Positions 54,101-64,000 of a stretch of 64,000 nt of DNA are shown piece after piece. Numbering within the stretch: position 1 is the first letter of the stretch; the number at the start of each line of letters is the position of its first letter. Location of the stretch: NCBI GenBank assembly GCA_977020255.1, contig CDROCS010006451.1, positions 1 through 64,000 on the forward strand. The letters are read 5' to 3'. The notes under the pieces were generated by a model. The model was not told where the DNA came from. It saw nothing but the letters and a program-made list of their open reading frames with translations, and did no database searches. Made by a program: the position numbers and the translations under genes. This DNA comes from Obrimoposthia wandeli. Its lineage: Eukaryota.

Positions 54101-54783
54101 CTTATCTTGATTTCGATAACGATGGCGCTATAAATCAGTACGAATTAAATAATGACTTACCCGCAGATGAAGCCAATATATTCGAAGCGATTAATTTATT
54201 AGAGTACTACCCTGTTGGGGATTTAGATTATTTCTATGTATCTGATAATCAATTTATTCGTACATCAATGGAGACTACGGAAATAGCTGGCCGCTTTAAA
54301 TTATCTTTCAGTAACGATACAGAGTGGCTTATTGAAAGAAGAAACAGTGGAATTTATTTGGTATCTTATACTGACCTTAAAAATGAAGTCAGCTACAGTT
54401 TCGAGAACTACCTGATCCTTCCTAACAGCCTTAAACCTGGCCATAAATTCACCTTAGCCGGCAAGCAAATTAGAGAAGGTGCTAGCGATTATTCTGAGGC
54501 CGAAAATACATTTTATTTAAAAGAAATTGGTGAAAAAGCGTGGAGAGATAAGACCTACCCTTCTGTCACGATTGTAGTTAATGGCATCGAAAGGATCTAC
54601 CTAAAAGGAATCGGAGAGCTCTCCTACCAGCAGCTCGAACTCGATAGCGTAAACTTCGACTTCATTAAAGTACCCGAAGTCGTAGCCCCAGAACAGAGTG
54701 AAACAAAAGCAGGTGCACTTGCTCCGTTTATATTCTTTTTGTTCTCTATGATGGCAATTGCCACACGAGTACGACGCAACTAA
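51199..54783 (+). CDS. Large secreted/surface protein with thrombospondin type-3 Ca-binding repeats and a C-terminal GlyGly-CTERM-like anchor
   Basis: Signal peptide ending SFA; DxDxDxxxDxxDNC...Q.D.D.D..GD.CD repeats; C-terminal KAGALAPFIFFLFSMMAIATRVRRN. Confidence 0.85.
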   Translation: MLSIKALRNLWLFISLGLATLFLPNTSFAALLDVQQKNDIVYFLFAAPNKIVRYDLNSNEFLAKISLAKIPTAFHVGETKIYTSYGKDLTQSDISGNTSSSIFQAVHEIEKLTLLGNYLYCVNSDNRIDIISTATYNKIQNNYYSSTVTDLVASSTQQSIFSVKGYSYTPSKMTLDETGKITHSINSPFSSSGPHASNVYLHPNENVIYTNKGSIYSAEDLSFKGTLTGSFTDIAFLGNRPVVIRENNVFIYSENNLDSKSFILDHMPSHVAAKDQIITSFVTTNSLVSAHQTNIDQLVEPTIIPAMDPTTSVYQTDLITTDNNNVVYLVDQENPAIHRRKAAEKEFASSWGLVETPNWITYSASHERLYLGYESGKITYFDTTKTGATEEVHFISLTNAIRALVSAGDYLFAKDAQYSSQTHSYSIDKQGIIIDNRSNNENSEEYVWNHLNGYIYQINTRYIRWTELLSSDGNFGIYKGSNYNSDNTYKFPLRISPNGQILLLGSGEIIGTNNQTVLNNLTNPIDDAAWINGNLATIKKGTNTLQFWQDDYLLSSEHQLSKTKNTRLFNLNEKLLIVKQSDTRPIFIYTDVVTISDSDDDSINDFDDNCEFISNVEQADLDQDDIGDVCDEDSDNDLIPNTIETAAGLDVLNKDDALLDLDGDGFNNFSEYLYTTDINDSESKPAAITVLAETFDSGILKGIYTLNPNNELVIIQEEDTHYLSTLVPQDPDQSTSFYYTGNFEQGLLELRYHLDGYRSYSLEIIIDGEAENPKNTFGGWEIIFLNLDSGAHTIEFKFTFSSEPNSSSQYNALLKIDYINYGLDADSDKVLDTLDNCPSVSNNYQQDSDNDGLGNECDNDPYGRDKDSDGYGDNRDNCPDDYNPDQLNIDNDYYGDACDDVDDRPSDVDQDGIPDHSDNCPNTANPEQANFDLDFLGDSCDLDSDNDGLLNTIEDQYDFLNAFDATDAYLDFDNDGAINQYELNNDLPADEANIFEAINLLEYYPVGDLDYFYVSDNQFIRTSMETTEIAGRFKLSFSNDTEWLIERRNSGIYLVSYTDLKNEVSYSFENYLILPNSLKPGHKFTLAGKQIREGASDYSEAENTFYLKEIGEKAWRDKTYPSVTIVVNGIERIYLKGIGELSYQQLELDSVNFDFIKVPEVVAPEQSETKAGALAPFIFFLFSMMAIATRVRRN

Positions 54784-54790
54784 ATTTTAT

Positions 54791-54823
54791 TGCAGGTCAT
54801 GTCATAAAAGTACATGGCCTGCA
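54791..54823 (+). terminator. Hairpin downstream of the TSP3 protein gene
   Basis: TGCAGGTCATGT...ACATGGCCTGCA inverted repeat, no clear U-tract. Confidence 0.45.
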
Positions 54824-54922
54824 TTAACATGATACATAGCAATCTTTGCACTACCTTACTTGCTCACCCAGTCCAAATATGAATTAATACAGCCTCATAT
54901 TTCTCTTCTAGGTCTAACCCCT

Positions 54923-55267
54923 GTGAAAATAAAGCACCTATTGGCGCTACTTATTATTATCACGAATACGCTCATCAATAGCGTATGGGCTTCTGTGCAC
55001 CTGGTTGCCGGAGATCACGACACCTTAGAAAGTCCTCACCTACATGTAGTTCCCGATTTAAAGACCCTACTCGACTTTGGCCAAGACATTGATGACAGTC
55101 TCCAAGGCGAAACCGAAGAAACACATTTTCATGTGTTAAGTGACTTAACAACCCAGTATTCTGGCAACGATAGCTTTAAAGCGAGCTTAAACATCAGTAG
55201 CTCCATTCCAAACTATCTTACACTCACCTATAGCCCACCGATTCCACCTCCAACCGCACACTCATAA
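54923..55267 (+). CDS. Small His-rich exported leader protein upstream of czcCBA (CzcI/DUF2946-like position)
   Basis: GTG start gives a signal peptide ending VWA; motifs HLVAGDH, PHLH, THFH; C-terminal YSPPIPPPTAHS. The ORF track starts it at TTG 54860. Confidence 0.7.
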   Translation: MKIKHLLALLIIITNTLINSVWASVHLVAGDHDTLESPHLHVVPDLKTLLDFGQDIDDSLQGETEETHFHVLSDLTTQYSGNDSFKASLNISSSIPNYLTLTYSPPIPPPTAHS

Positions 55268-55331
55268 ATACTCACGTTTAAACCACCCAAATAATCATTT
55301 ATTTCATAGCGTTATGCTATGTGGGATATTT

Positions 55332-56603
55332 ATGAACAAACACCTAATGCGTGCCCGTGTGGGCCTGCTAGTGATGGTGTGTAGCTTGCCTGCAATCAGT
55401 TTCGCTACTGCTAATGTCACAACAAGCGAAACCGAGGCCCAACAAGCTTCAGCGTCTCTATCGCTAAAACAAGCACTGCAGTTAACCCTGCAACAAAATC
55501 CTCAACTGAAAGCGTACCCTTATTATGTACGCCAGTTAGATGGTGATGTGACTCAAGCCAAATTAAGCCCAGTCCCTAGGGCAGAAATTGAACTTAGTTC
55601 AGATGAAGCGACCCTCACCTTAAGTCAGAATTTTGAATTCGGTGATAAACGACAATCCAGAGTTGGTTTCACTAACGCTAAACAAGCACAACTACAAGCC
55701 GAGTTTGAGATTGCTAAGCTGGATGTCCTCGCCGAAACCAGCCGTCGTTACTACCGACTACTCGCGTTACAGCAACAGAAAACCTTACTTTCAATACGCA
55801 TAGGCCAAGAAAAACGCGCATTGAAAATCATTAATAAACGCGCCAAAGCTGGGGCCGTTGCCCAAGCTGATGTTGCGAATATGGCGCTAGGGTTAGCACG
55901 CTCTAATAATAACTTAGAGCAGCTACAGTTCAGTATCAAATTGCAGAAAGATGCCCTAGCCGCAATGTGGTTAGGCCAGCATAGCTTCTCGCAATTATTG
56001 GGTAATTTATCCAAGTTACCGCCGCTGCCCGATGATGACGCTTTAACAAACATCATCACCCAAGGCATTAATCAGCTACCAGACTATCGCTATCAAGTTT
56101 CACTTTCTCGCTTAGCCGATAGCCGCGTTTCCTTAACTCAAGCCAATGGCAGCGCAGATTTAAATCTGGGTTTAGGTATGCGTCATAACGACATCAGTGG
56201 CGATCAGAGCTTAGTATTAACCGCTTCCATGCCGCTTAACTTTAGCAATCCTAATCGCGGTCGTATTGCCAGTGCTCAAGCTCAGCAAGCTTTAAGCTAT
56301 GAACAGCTTGAAATAAAGCGCCAGCAATTAAGTATTGAGCTCACTCGCATCCAGACCAATCTAGAAAAAGAGCTACGTTTAGCGAAGCGTATTAAAAAAC
56401 ACTTATTACCCCTTGCTAGCGAACTCCTAAGCACCACCCAAAAAGCCTATCGTCAAGGTCAATATACTGTATTGCAGTGGATCGATGCGCAAAACCAAGT
56501 GTTCAATTTAGAGCAGGACTTAATCAATAGCCAAGTCCGTATTTTCAATCAAGTATTAGAACTGGAACGCATTTTAGGCCAGTCAATTGTTACTGCTCAA
56601 TAA
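55332..56603 (+). CDS. czcC: Heavy-metal efflux outer membrane factor (TolC family)
   Basis: OMF helical repeats, NRGRIASA, AYRQGQYTVLQWIDAQ; first gene of an RND trio. ATG 55332 with RBS GGGA (ORF track starts 55314). Confidence 0.88.
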   Translation: MNKHLMRARVGLLVMVCSLPAISFATANVTTSETEAQQASASLSLKQALQLTLQQNPQLKAYPYYVRQLDGDVTQAKLSPVPRAEIELSSDEATLTLSQNFEFGDKRQSRVGFTNAKQAQLQAEFEIAKLDVLAETSRRYYRLLALQQQKTLLSIRIGQEKRALKIINKRAKAGAVAQADVANMALGLARSNNNLEQLQFSIKLQKDALAAMWLGQHSFSQLLGNLSKLPPLPDDDALTNIITQGINQLPDYRYQVSLSRLADSRVSLTQANGSADLNLGLGMRHNDISGDQSLVLTASMPLNFSNPNRGRIASAQAQQALSYEQLEIKRQQLSIELTRIQTNLEKELRLAKRIKKHLLPLASELLSTTQKAYRQGQYTVLQWIDAQNQVFNLEQDLINSQVRIFNQVLELERILGQSIVTAQ

Positions 56604-56613
56604 GGTATTTCTG

Positions 56614-57669
56614 ATGAATTTATTAAACGATATAACCCGTAAAGCATTTTTAATTTTAGCCCTAACGTCTACAGGCTTTATAAGTAGTGTGAGTTCTAGT
56701 GACGACCACGAAGAACATAAAGATCAAGCTGAGCATACCGAACACAACGAAGAGCATAATGAAGAAGAAGGTCATGATGACGCTGACCATGAAGATAGTG
56801 ATCATATTGAAAAAGATGACGGCCATGGTCACGGCCACGGTGGCGAAGATGAACACTCCGAAAGTACGGAAATTTCTTCTTATTACATCAAGGTTTCCGG
56901 CATCAAATCAGAAGCTGCAAGTTCACAAAAACTGATGCAAGTGGACACCCTATTCGGAGTGATTTCGCCAGTGCAAGACCAAGTCTTTAGCCTTCATGCC
57001 GCATTCCCAAGCATGATCGAAAAAGTCTTTGTTCAAGTCGGCGACCAAGTGAAGAAAGGGCAAACTATTGCTCGCTTAACCAACATCAAAACCTTGCAAA
57101 GCTACTCCCTTAAAAGCCCATCACAAGGTGAAGTCACTTCGCGTTCGGTCAATACCGGTGATCGCGTAGACGCTGAAGAAATCATACAAGTCAGTGATTT
57201 ATCCAAAGTCTGGGTTAACCTTTCCGCCTTCCCTGAAAATGTTGAGCGTTTAAAGAAAGGCCAGCGTGCAAAAATTTATGATCTTCATGATCACGAAAAT
57301 TCAATCGGAGAAATTAGTTACATAGCCCCACAAATGAGCGGCGGTCACATTGCTCGAGCACGTGCAATTATTTCGAACAACAAAGGCCACTGGCGTCCAG
57401 GTATGCACGTAAAAGCCGATGTAGAAGTTTCAACTCGCAACGTGCCTATCGCAGTAAAGGTTGATGCCTTGCAAACGATGGAAAATAAAACCGTCGTCTT
57501 CAAGCGTCACGACAATACCTTCGAAGTGACTCCAGTAGAAGTAGGTGAACAAGATGGGCAATGGGCAGAAATACTTTCAGGCTTAGACGCAGACAGTGAA
57601 TACGTCAGCGAAAATAGTTTTCTAGTGAAAGCCGACATCCTAAAGAGTGGAGCAAGTCATGACCATTAA
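56614..57669 (+). CDS. czcB: Heavy-metal efflux membrane fusion protein with His/acid-rich N-terminus
   Basis: VGDQVKKGQ, WRPGMHV, EILSGL, C-terminal ILKSGASHDH; N-terminal His-rich tract. Confidence 0.88.
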   Translation: MNLLNDITRKAFLILALTSTGFISSVSSSDDHEEHKDQAEHTEHNEEHNEEEGHDDADHEDSDHIEKDDGHGHGHGGEDEHSESTEISSYYIKVSGIKSEAASSQKLMQVDTLFGVISPVQDQVFSLHAAFPSMIEKVFVQVGDQVKKGQTIARLTNIKTLQSYSLKSPSQGEVTSRSVNTGDRVDAEEIIQVSDLSKVWVNLSAFPENVERLKKGQRAKIYDLHDHENSIGEISYIAPQMSGGHIARARAIISNNKGHWRPGMHVKADVEVSTRNVPIAVKVDALQTMENKTVVFKRHDNTFEVTPVEVGEQDGQWAEILSGLDADSEYVSENSFLVKADILKSGASHDH

Positions 57670-57711
57670 TCACTCGCCCACTTTTACCCTTGATAGCTTA
57701 AGGAAAACATT

Positions 57712-60700
57712 ATGATTAACCATTTAATCGCCTTCGCTATCGAAAGGCGCTGGCTAGTAATGACCATGACATTATTATTAGCCGTTCTGGGTATCTATAA
57801 AACAACCCAGTTACCAATTGATGCCGTACCCGATATCACCAACGTACAAGTACAAATTAATAGCTCAGCTCCCGGATACTCTCCCCTAGAGGCCGAGCAA
57901 CGTATTAGCTATAGCATTGAAAATGCCATGGCAGGAATTCCGAAACTGGATTATACCCGCTCACTATCACGCTATGGGCTTTCACAAGTCACCGTGATCT
58001 TTGAAGAAGGCACTGATATCTATTGGGCACGCCAGCAAATCAGTGAACGCCTTCAAGGTATTCAAGGTGAATTACCTGCGGGTATTGAACCCAATCTTGG
58101 CCCTGTTGCCAGTGGCCTCGGTGAAATTTTCACTTATGCAGTACAAGCAGAAGTTGATGCTGTCACCGATGAAGGTAAACCTTATAGCGCTGAGGATCTC
58201 AGAACCATCCAAGACTGGATCATTCGACCACAGTTAGTGAAAGTCCCCGGTATTACTGAAATTAATAGCATGGGCGGCTATGCCCGCGAATATCAAGTGG
58301 CCCCAATTCCGGGAAAACTTTTTGCTTATAAAGTCACCATGAATGAACTGGTAGAAACGCTAAGAAAGAACAATCAGAATTCTGGTGCAGGTTACATCGA
58401 ACGTAACGGCGAGCAATGGCTAATTCGTTCACCTGGCCAGCTGAATAACTTAGAAGAAATTGCGCAACTGGTGGTTACTCGTCGCGACGATGCCCCGGTA
58501 CGCATTAAAGATTTAGCGGAAGTGAAATACGGCAAAGAACTCAGAACCGGATCAGCTACCTTTAGTGGTGAAGAAACGGTATTGGGTACAGCCTTTATGC
58601 TGCTCGGCGAAAACAGCCGCACAGTATCAAAAGCCGTGGCAAAAAAACTGATCGAGATTAACGACTTTTTACCCCCTGGTATTAATGCCGTTCCTTTATA
58701 TGATCGCACTACTCTAGTCGATAAAACCATTGCCACCGTACGTACCAATTTATTCGAAGGTGCCGTATTAGTGATCGCTGTTTTGTTTGCGCTACTGGGT
58801 AATATTCGGGCGGCACTGATCGTTGCGACGGTCATTCCTTTAAGCATGTTGTTTGCGATTACCGGCATGGCGATGAATCGTGTTTCTGGCAACCTAATGA
58901 GCTTAGGAGCCATCGATTTTGGAATCATTGTTGATGGCGCCGTCATCGTGGTTGAAAATGCGTTACGCCGCTTAGGCTTAGCCCAGAAAAAATACGGCCG
59001 CTTATTAACCCTGCCCGAACGTTTATTGGAAGTCACCGAAAGTACCAAGGAAGTTTTCCGCCCTGCGGTCTTTGGTATGTTAATCATCATGCTGGTGTAC
59101 TTACCTATTTTCGCGCTCGCAGGTGTTGAAGGTAAAATGTTCCATCCCATGGCCTTTACCGTTGTTGCCGCTTTATCCGGCGCGTTGATTTTCTCGATTA
59201 CTTTTGTACCCGCTGCAGTCGCCATTTTGGTAAAAGGTAAAGTAAGCGAAGAAGAAAACATCGTGATGGCAAAAGCACGTCGCCTCTATCAGCCGTTATT
59301 AAAAGCCGCGTTGAATAACAGTCCTATTGTTTTCATTGCTGCGATCATTTTGGTCGGCGCAACAGCGTATCAATCGACTCGCTTAGGCAGTGAATTTTTA
59401 CCGCAATTAGATGAACACGACATTGCCTTACACGCTATGCGCATTCCCGGCACGGGCATAGAGCAAGCCACTGAAATGCAGTTGTTATTAGAAAAACGCA
59501 TTATGGAATTTCCAGAAGTGAAACATGTGTTTTCTAAAATCGGAACTGCCGAAATTGCGACTGATCCTATGCCACCGAATGTTGCCGATACCTTCTTGAT
59601 TTTAAAACCGGTAAAAGATTGGCCTAATCCAGAAAAGCCGAAACAGCAATTAGTTGATCAGATTCGTAACGCCATTGAAGAAATTCCGGGCAATAATTAC
59701 GAACTTACCCAACCGATTGAAATGCGTTTTAACGAACTCATCTCTGGCGTGCGTGCCGATGTCGCCTTAAGAATTTACGGTGATGACTTAGAAACGCTGG
59801 CGCAAATAGGCGGCCAAGTTTCACAGCTATTAGCTAAGGTTGCTGGCGGACAAGACGTGCGTATGGAGCAAGCGAAAGGCCTGCCGATGATTTCAGTTAT
59901 TCCACAAAGAGATCATCTGGCTCTGCTAGGTTTATCCGTTGCCGATGTACAAGAGACTTTGCGCTCGGCTGTCAGTGGCATTGAAACAGGATTGATTTAC
60001 GAAGGTGATCGTCGTTTTAAATTGTTGGTGCGTATGGATGAAAGCTTAAGCAGAGATCCAAAAGCCCTCGCGCAAATTCCTGTGGCTATTCCTTACCCGA
60101 GAAGCCCTGATGACGAAAAATCAGAATTGGATTATGTACCGCTCGGTGAAATCGCCGACATCGTCGAAATCCAAGGTCCGAATCAAATCAATCGCCGCAG
60201 CGGTAAGCGTAATATCGTCGTCAGCGCAAATGTGGAAGACCGCGACCTAGGGTCTTTCATTGCCGAGACACAAGCATTGATGCGTGACGAGCTAAAACTC
60301 CCCGCAGGCTATTGGTTAGAATACGGCGGTACGTTTGAACAGTTAGAATCTGCTAGCCAGCGCTTAAGTATTGTTGTGCCGATTACTCTGATACTTATCA
60401 TAGGCCTGCTCTACAGTGCCTTTGGTTCAATACGCGATAGCTTGATTATTTTCACCGGCGTACCCCTCGCATTAACCGGCGGTATTATCGCGCTCACGTT
60501 AAGAGACATGCCACTATCGATTTCTGCAGGCATTGGCTTTATCGCGCTGTCTGGGGTTGCGGTCTTAAATGGCGTAGTGATGTTATCGTTCATTAAAGAA
60601 CTACGTGAAAGTGGCTTAGAGCTGACTCAAGCGGTATGGCAAGGTGCAAGCCAGCGCTTACGTCCTGTATTGATGACAGCGTTAGTGGCTAGTCTTGGTT

Positions 60701-60858
60701 TTGTACCGATGGCGTTTAATACGGGGACTGGCGCTGAAGTTCAACGACCGTTAGCGACGGTAGTGATTGGTGGGATTATTTCTTCGACGCTATTAACGCT
60801 CGTGGTATTACCGACGCTTTATCAGTGGGTCTATTCTCGTTTCAAAGGCAGGGCTTAA
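57712..60858 (+). CDS. czcA: Heavy-metal RND transporter CzcA/CusA family
   Basis: LPIDAVPDITNVQVQIN, GAIDFGIIVDGAVIVVEN, HPMAFT, RLRPVLMTA, EVQRPLATVVIGG. Confidence 0.95.
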   Translation: MINHLIAFAIERRWLVMTMTLLLAVLGIYKTTQLPIDAVPDITNVQVQINSSAPGYSPLEAEQRISYSIENAMAGIPKLDYTRSLSRYGLSQVTVIFEEGTDIYWARQQISERLQGIQGELPAGIEPNLGPVASGLGEIFTYAVQAEVDAVTDEGKPYSAEDLRTIQDWIIRPQLVKVPGITEINSMGGYAREYQVAPIPGKLFAYKVTMNELVETLRKNNQNSGAGYIERNGEQWLIRSPGQLNNLEEIAQLVVTRRDDAPVRIKDLAEVKYGKELRTGSATFSGEETVLGTAFMLLGENSRTVSKAVAKKLIEINDFLPPGINAVPLYDRTTLVDKTIATVRTNLFEGAVLVIAVLFALLGNIRAALIVATVIPLSMLFAITGMAMNRVSGNLMSLGAIDFGIIVDGAVIVVENALRRLGLAQKKYGRLLTLPERLLEVTESTKEVFRPAVFGMLIIMLVYLPIFALAGVEGKMFHPMAFTVVAALSGALIFSITFVPAAVAILVKGKVSEEENIVMAKARRLYQPLLKAALNNSPIVFIAAIILVGATAYQSTRLGSEFLPQLDEHDIALHAMRIPGTGIEQATEMQLLLEKRIMEFPEVKHVFSKIGTAEIATDPMPPNVADTFLILKPVKDWPNPEKPKQQLVDQIRNAIEEIPGNNYELTQPIEMRFNELISGVRADVALRIYGDDLETLAQIGGQVSQLLAKVAGGQDVRMEQAKGLPMISVIPQRDHLALLGLSVADVQETLRSAVSGIETGLIYEGDRRFKLLVRMDESLSRDPKALAQIPVAIPYPRSPDDEKSELDYVPLGEIADIVEIQGPNQINRRSGKRNIVVSANVEDRDLGSFIAETQALMRDELKLPAGYWLEYGGTFEQLESASQRLSIVVPITLILIIGLLYSAFGSIRDSLIIFTGVPLALTGGIIALTLRDMPLSISAGIGFIALSGVAVLNGVVMLSFIKELRESGLELTQAVWQGASQRLRPVLMTALVASLGFVPMAFNTGTGAEVQRPLATVVIGGIISSTLLTLVVLPTLYQWVYSRFKGRA

Positions 60859-60916
60859 TAGAGAACTTTTAAGCATAAGTTAGAACTGAGTATTAAATTT
60901 ACTGAGTTCTGAAAAC

Positions 60917-60954
60917 AAAAAAGCCCAATCACTTCATAATGATTGGGCTTTTTT
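60917..60954. terminator. Bidirectional Rho-independent terminator between czcA and kdsA
   Basis: AAAAAAGCCCAATCA-N8-TGATTGGGCTTTTTT. Confidence 0.9.
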
Positions 60955-61014
60955 TATTTTAGCGCTCGAGGCTTTTAACTATAAGTGCTTCTGCGATAAA
61001 AAATTAACGAATTA

Positions 61015-61866
<852 letters not shown>

Positions 61867-61983
61867 TTAATTCAAAATAAGTTTGAAAATATAATTTATT
61901 ATTAACTGTGCCGATCGCTAGATTCTTGAAGTTTCTGCAATTCGGTTATTGATTCTTTGTTACAGCGTGCGCTTTTGTTCACC

Positions 61984-62120
61984 CTAGAAGTTGAATTTTA
62001 GGCGGCACGCTGTGAATACGCCGCTTCGCTCTCCCTGTAAGCTCAACGATTCCCAGCCGTTGCAAGTATTCACGGCGCTACGCTCCCTGGAATCGGATGG
62101 CCTTAAAAATTAACTTCTAG
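61984..62120. repeat. Repeat family R1, copy G
   Basis: Arms CTAGAAGTTGAATTTT / AAAATTAACTTCTAG; core CGCTGTGAATACGCCGCTTCGCTCTCCCTGTAAGCTC plus the module shared with F. Confidence 0.85.
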
Positions 62121-62279
62121 CGCTCACAGCTTACTAAGCTCAAAATTCATACAATATTATTTCTTTCAAAACAACAACAGACACTCAGTAAGTTTTAAAA
62201 ATATTTCGCGTATTAATGTAAGCCGTCGGATTAGAAAATAATAATCAATATTCCAATCTGAATTGATTTCTGTGGTGAT

Positions 62280-62380
62280 GTATTAGGTGATTCGTTTCAG
62301 TGGCGTCATCTGGCATGGATGCCAGATACGAGCCTACAGGGAAGTATTCACGGCGTCCCCTGAAAGGAATTACCTAATAC
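62280..62380. repeat. Repeat family R1, copy H (inverted relative to G)
   Basis: Arms GTATTAGGTGATTC / GAATTACCTAATAC; core ATCTGGCATGGATGCCAGAT-ACGAGCCTACAGGGAAGTATTCACGGCG. Confidence 0.85.
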
Positions 62381-62456
62381 GGCGCTTACCAATACCCAGC
62401 ACAACGGCGCTTTTAAAATCAACGAACGTTTTAAAATTAACAGCCGCTTTTTAGCT

Positions 62457-63598
62457 TTAAAGCACCACTAAATTATCAATGTGTATTAATTCTTCTTCGC
62501 CAACGTAACCCAACAACTCTTGCTGTTGCTCGCTGGTTTTGCCACATAATTTTTGTGTTTCGCTTTGGTCGAAATTAATCAAGCCCTTAGCGATCACTCG
62601 GCCCTTGCTATTCAAGCACGCAACCACTTCGCCGCGACGGAAAATACCTTTTACAGCTTTCACGCCGATCGGTAATAAACTATTGCCACCCCTCTTCAAT
62701 GCCTTCACAGCACCATCATCAAGAATGAGTTCTCCGGCATGCTGAAGATGTCCTGCAATCCACTGCTTGCGTGCCACTTCGGGCTCGGTATCAGCGACTA
62801 AAAGCGTACCAATTTTTTCTTTAGCGCGTAAACGGGTTAAAACGTTTTCAATGCGACCACCGACAATCACCGTATCCGCACCTGAACGTGCAGCAACACG
62901 CGCGGCTTTTACTTTAGTGATCATACCACCACGACCTAGCGCACCACCATCACCTGCCATACCGGCAAATGATTCATCCGATGCACGGCCTTCGGTAATT
63001 AACTCAGCATCATCATTATGGCGTGGATCTTTAGTAAATAAGCCATCTTGATCAGTCAGAATAACCAGTGTATCGGCATCAACCAAGTTCGCAACTAAAG
63101 CGCCCAACGTATCATTATCACCAAAACGAACACCCGTAATAACCGTATTTCATTTTCGTTGACGATCGGCACAACGCCCATTTCAATTAACGTGCGCAAA
63201 GTCGAGCGCGCATTAAGATAGCGTTGGCGATTGGATAAATCAGCGTGGGTTAATAAGATTTGTGCGGTGTGTTTATTGTGCTGTTTAAAAGCCGTTTCGT
63301 AAGCTTGAACTAAGCCCATCTGGCCAACAGCCGCGGCCGCTTGTAACTGATGAACTTCACTAGGGCGTGTAGTCCAGCCTAATCGAGTCATGCCTTCGGC
63401 AACGGAGCCTGAAGAGACTAAAACGATTTCAATGCCTTGCGACATCAAGTCACTAATTTGATCAACCCAAGCTTGGATGCCTGGGCGATTAAGACCTTTA
63501 CCATCATTCGTGAGCAGAGCACTGCCAATCTTAATAACCCAGCGCTGCCCCGATACGAGGCGCTCTCTGGCGGTATTTAAATCAACAGCTGGTTTCAT
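62457..63598 (-). CDS. proB: Glutamate 5-kinase with PUA domain, frameshift near 63130
   Basis: [28 protein letters not shown]; then [15 protein letters not shown] and a PUA domain. Confidence 0.96.
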
Positions 63599-63654
63599 TG
63601 CTCTTGCTCTCACGTCTGACTTATTGTCTTTTCAACCTCTCTAAGAAAGAGGGC

Positions 63655-64000
63655 TTATTCTTGAACCCACTCAACTTCTACATCGTAGTCGTCTTCATCG
63701 TCATCTTCCAAACCGGCCTTACGTGCAGCAGCACGCTGACGACGGAATTCAGATAGCTCTTCCATACGATCACGAGACTCTTGCTCAACGGTTTCACGTT
63801 CTTCAACGATCTGGGCCGCAAACTCTTCATCTTCAGCAGCGCGTTCACGGCGCTCTTCGATGTAATCCATGATTTTATTGGTCAGAACCTTTGTTCCAGC
63901 ACCGGTCAATGCAGAGATTTGAAATACCGGACCTTTCCAGCCTGTTCTTTCCAATAAATCTTGGCACAGGGCTTCATGTTCATCTTCTGAAACAAGATCA
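63655..64000 (-). CDS. obgE: GTPase ObgE/CgtA, C-terminal part (runs off the window)
   Basis: VFQISALTG (G5), acidic tail DDDEDDYDVEVEWVQE; directly upstream of proB. Confidence 0.9.
   Translation of the reverse strand, partial: DLVSEDEHEALCQDLLERTGWKGPVFQISALTGAGTKVLTNKIMDYIEERRERAAEDEEFAAQIVEERETVEQESRDRMEELSEFRRQRAAARKAGLEDDDEDDYDVEVEWVQE

Noticed and set aside
58392-59261. 289-aa antisense ORF inside czcA
   Set aside because: Lies entirely opposite a conserved membrane-protein gene, with no recognisable motifs; typical shadow ORF.

Overview
Chromosomal window from a marine gammaproteobacterium. Gene content and order suggest Oceanospirillales, possibly Oleispira-like; this is an inference, not a database result. 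The backbone follows the conserved Pseudomonas-type order ilvIH / pgeF-rluD / bamD / nadE / pilSR / fimT-fimU-pilVWX-pilY1-pilE / ispH-fkpB-lspA-ileS-ribF-murJ / rpsT / proB-obgE. It is preceded by a RetS-like hybrid sensor and coq7. Two accessory blocks flank rpsT. The first holds an RRM gene, a 0.9 kb DnaA-box intergenic region and an acyclic-terpene (atu) catabolic cluster. The second holds an acyl-CoA synthetase, a tautomerase/DMT pair, a TonB receptor, LysR, a YeeE/YedE pair, a 1194-aa TSP3-repeat surface protein, czcCBA and kdsA. Many genes, including housekeeping ones, carry frameshifts, densest in the first 8 kb; these are most likely assembly errors. No rRNA, tRNA, CRISPR array, integrase or transposase was seen. 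Best leads: (1) a His-rich, signal-peptide-bearing leader ORF ending in PPIPPP whose stop region base-pairs with the czcC ribosome-binding site and AUG, a candidate arrest-peptide switch for metal efflux; (2) two DARS-like DnaA-box cores upstream of the RRM-murJ operon; (3) a modular palindromic repeat family occurring as inverted pairs and carrying GC-GNA-GC DNA mini-hairpin modules, plus a second CACAGAG repeat family.
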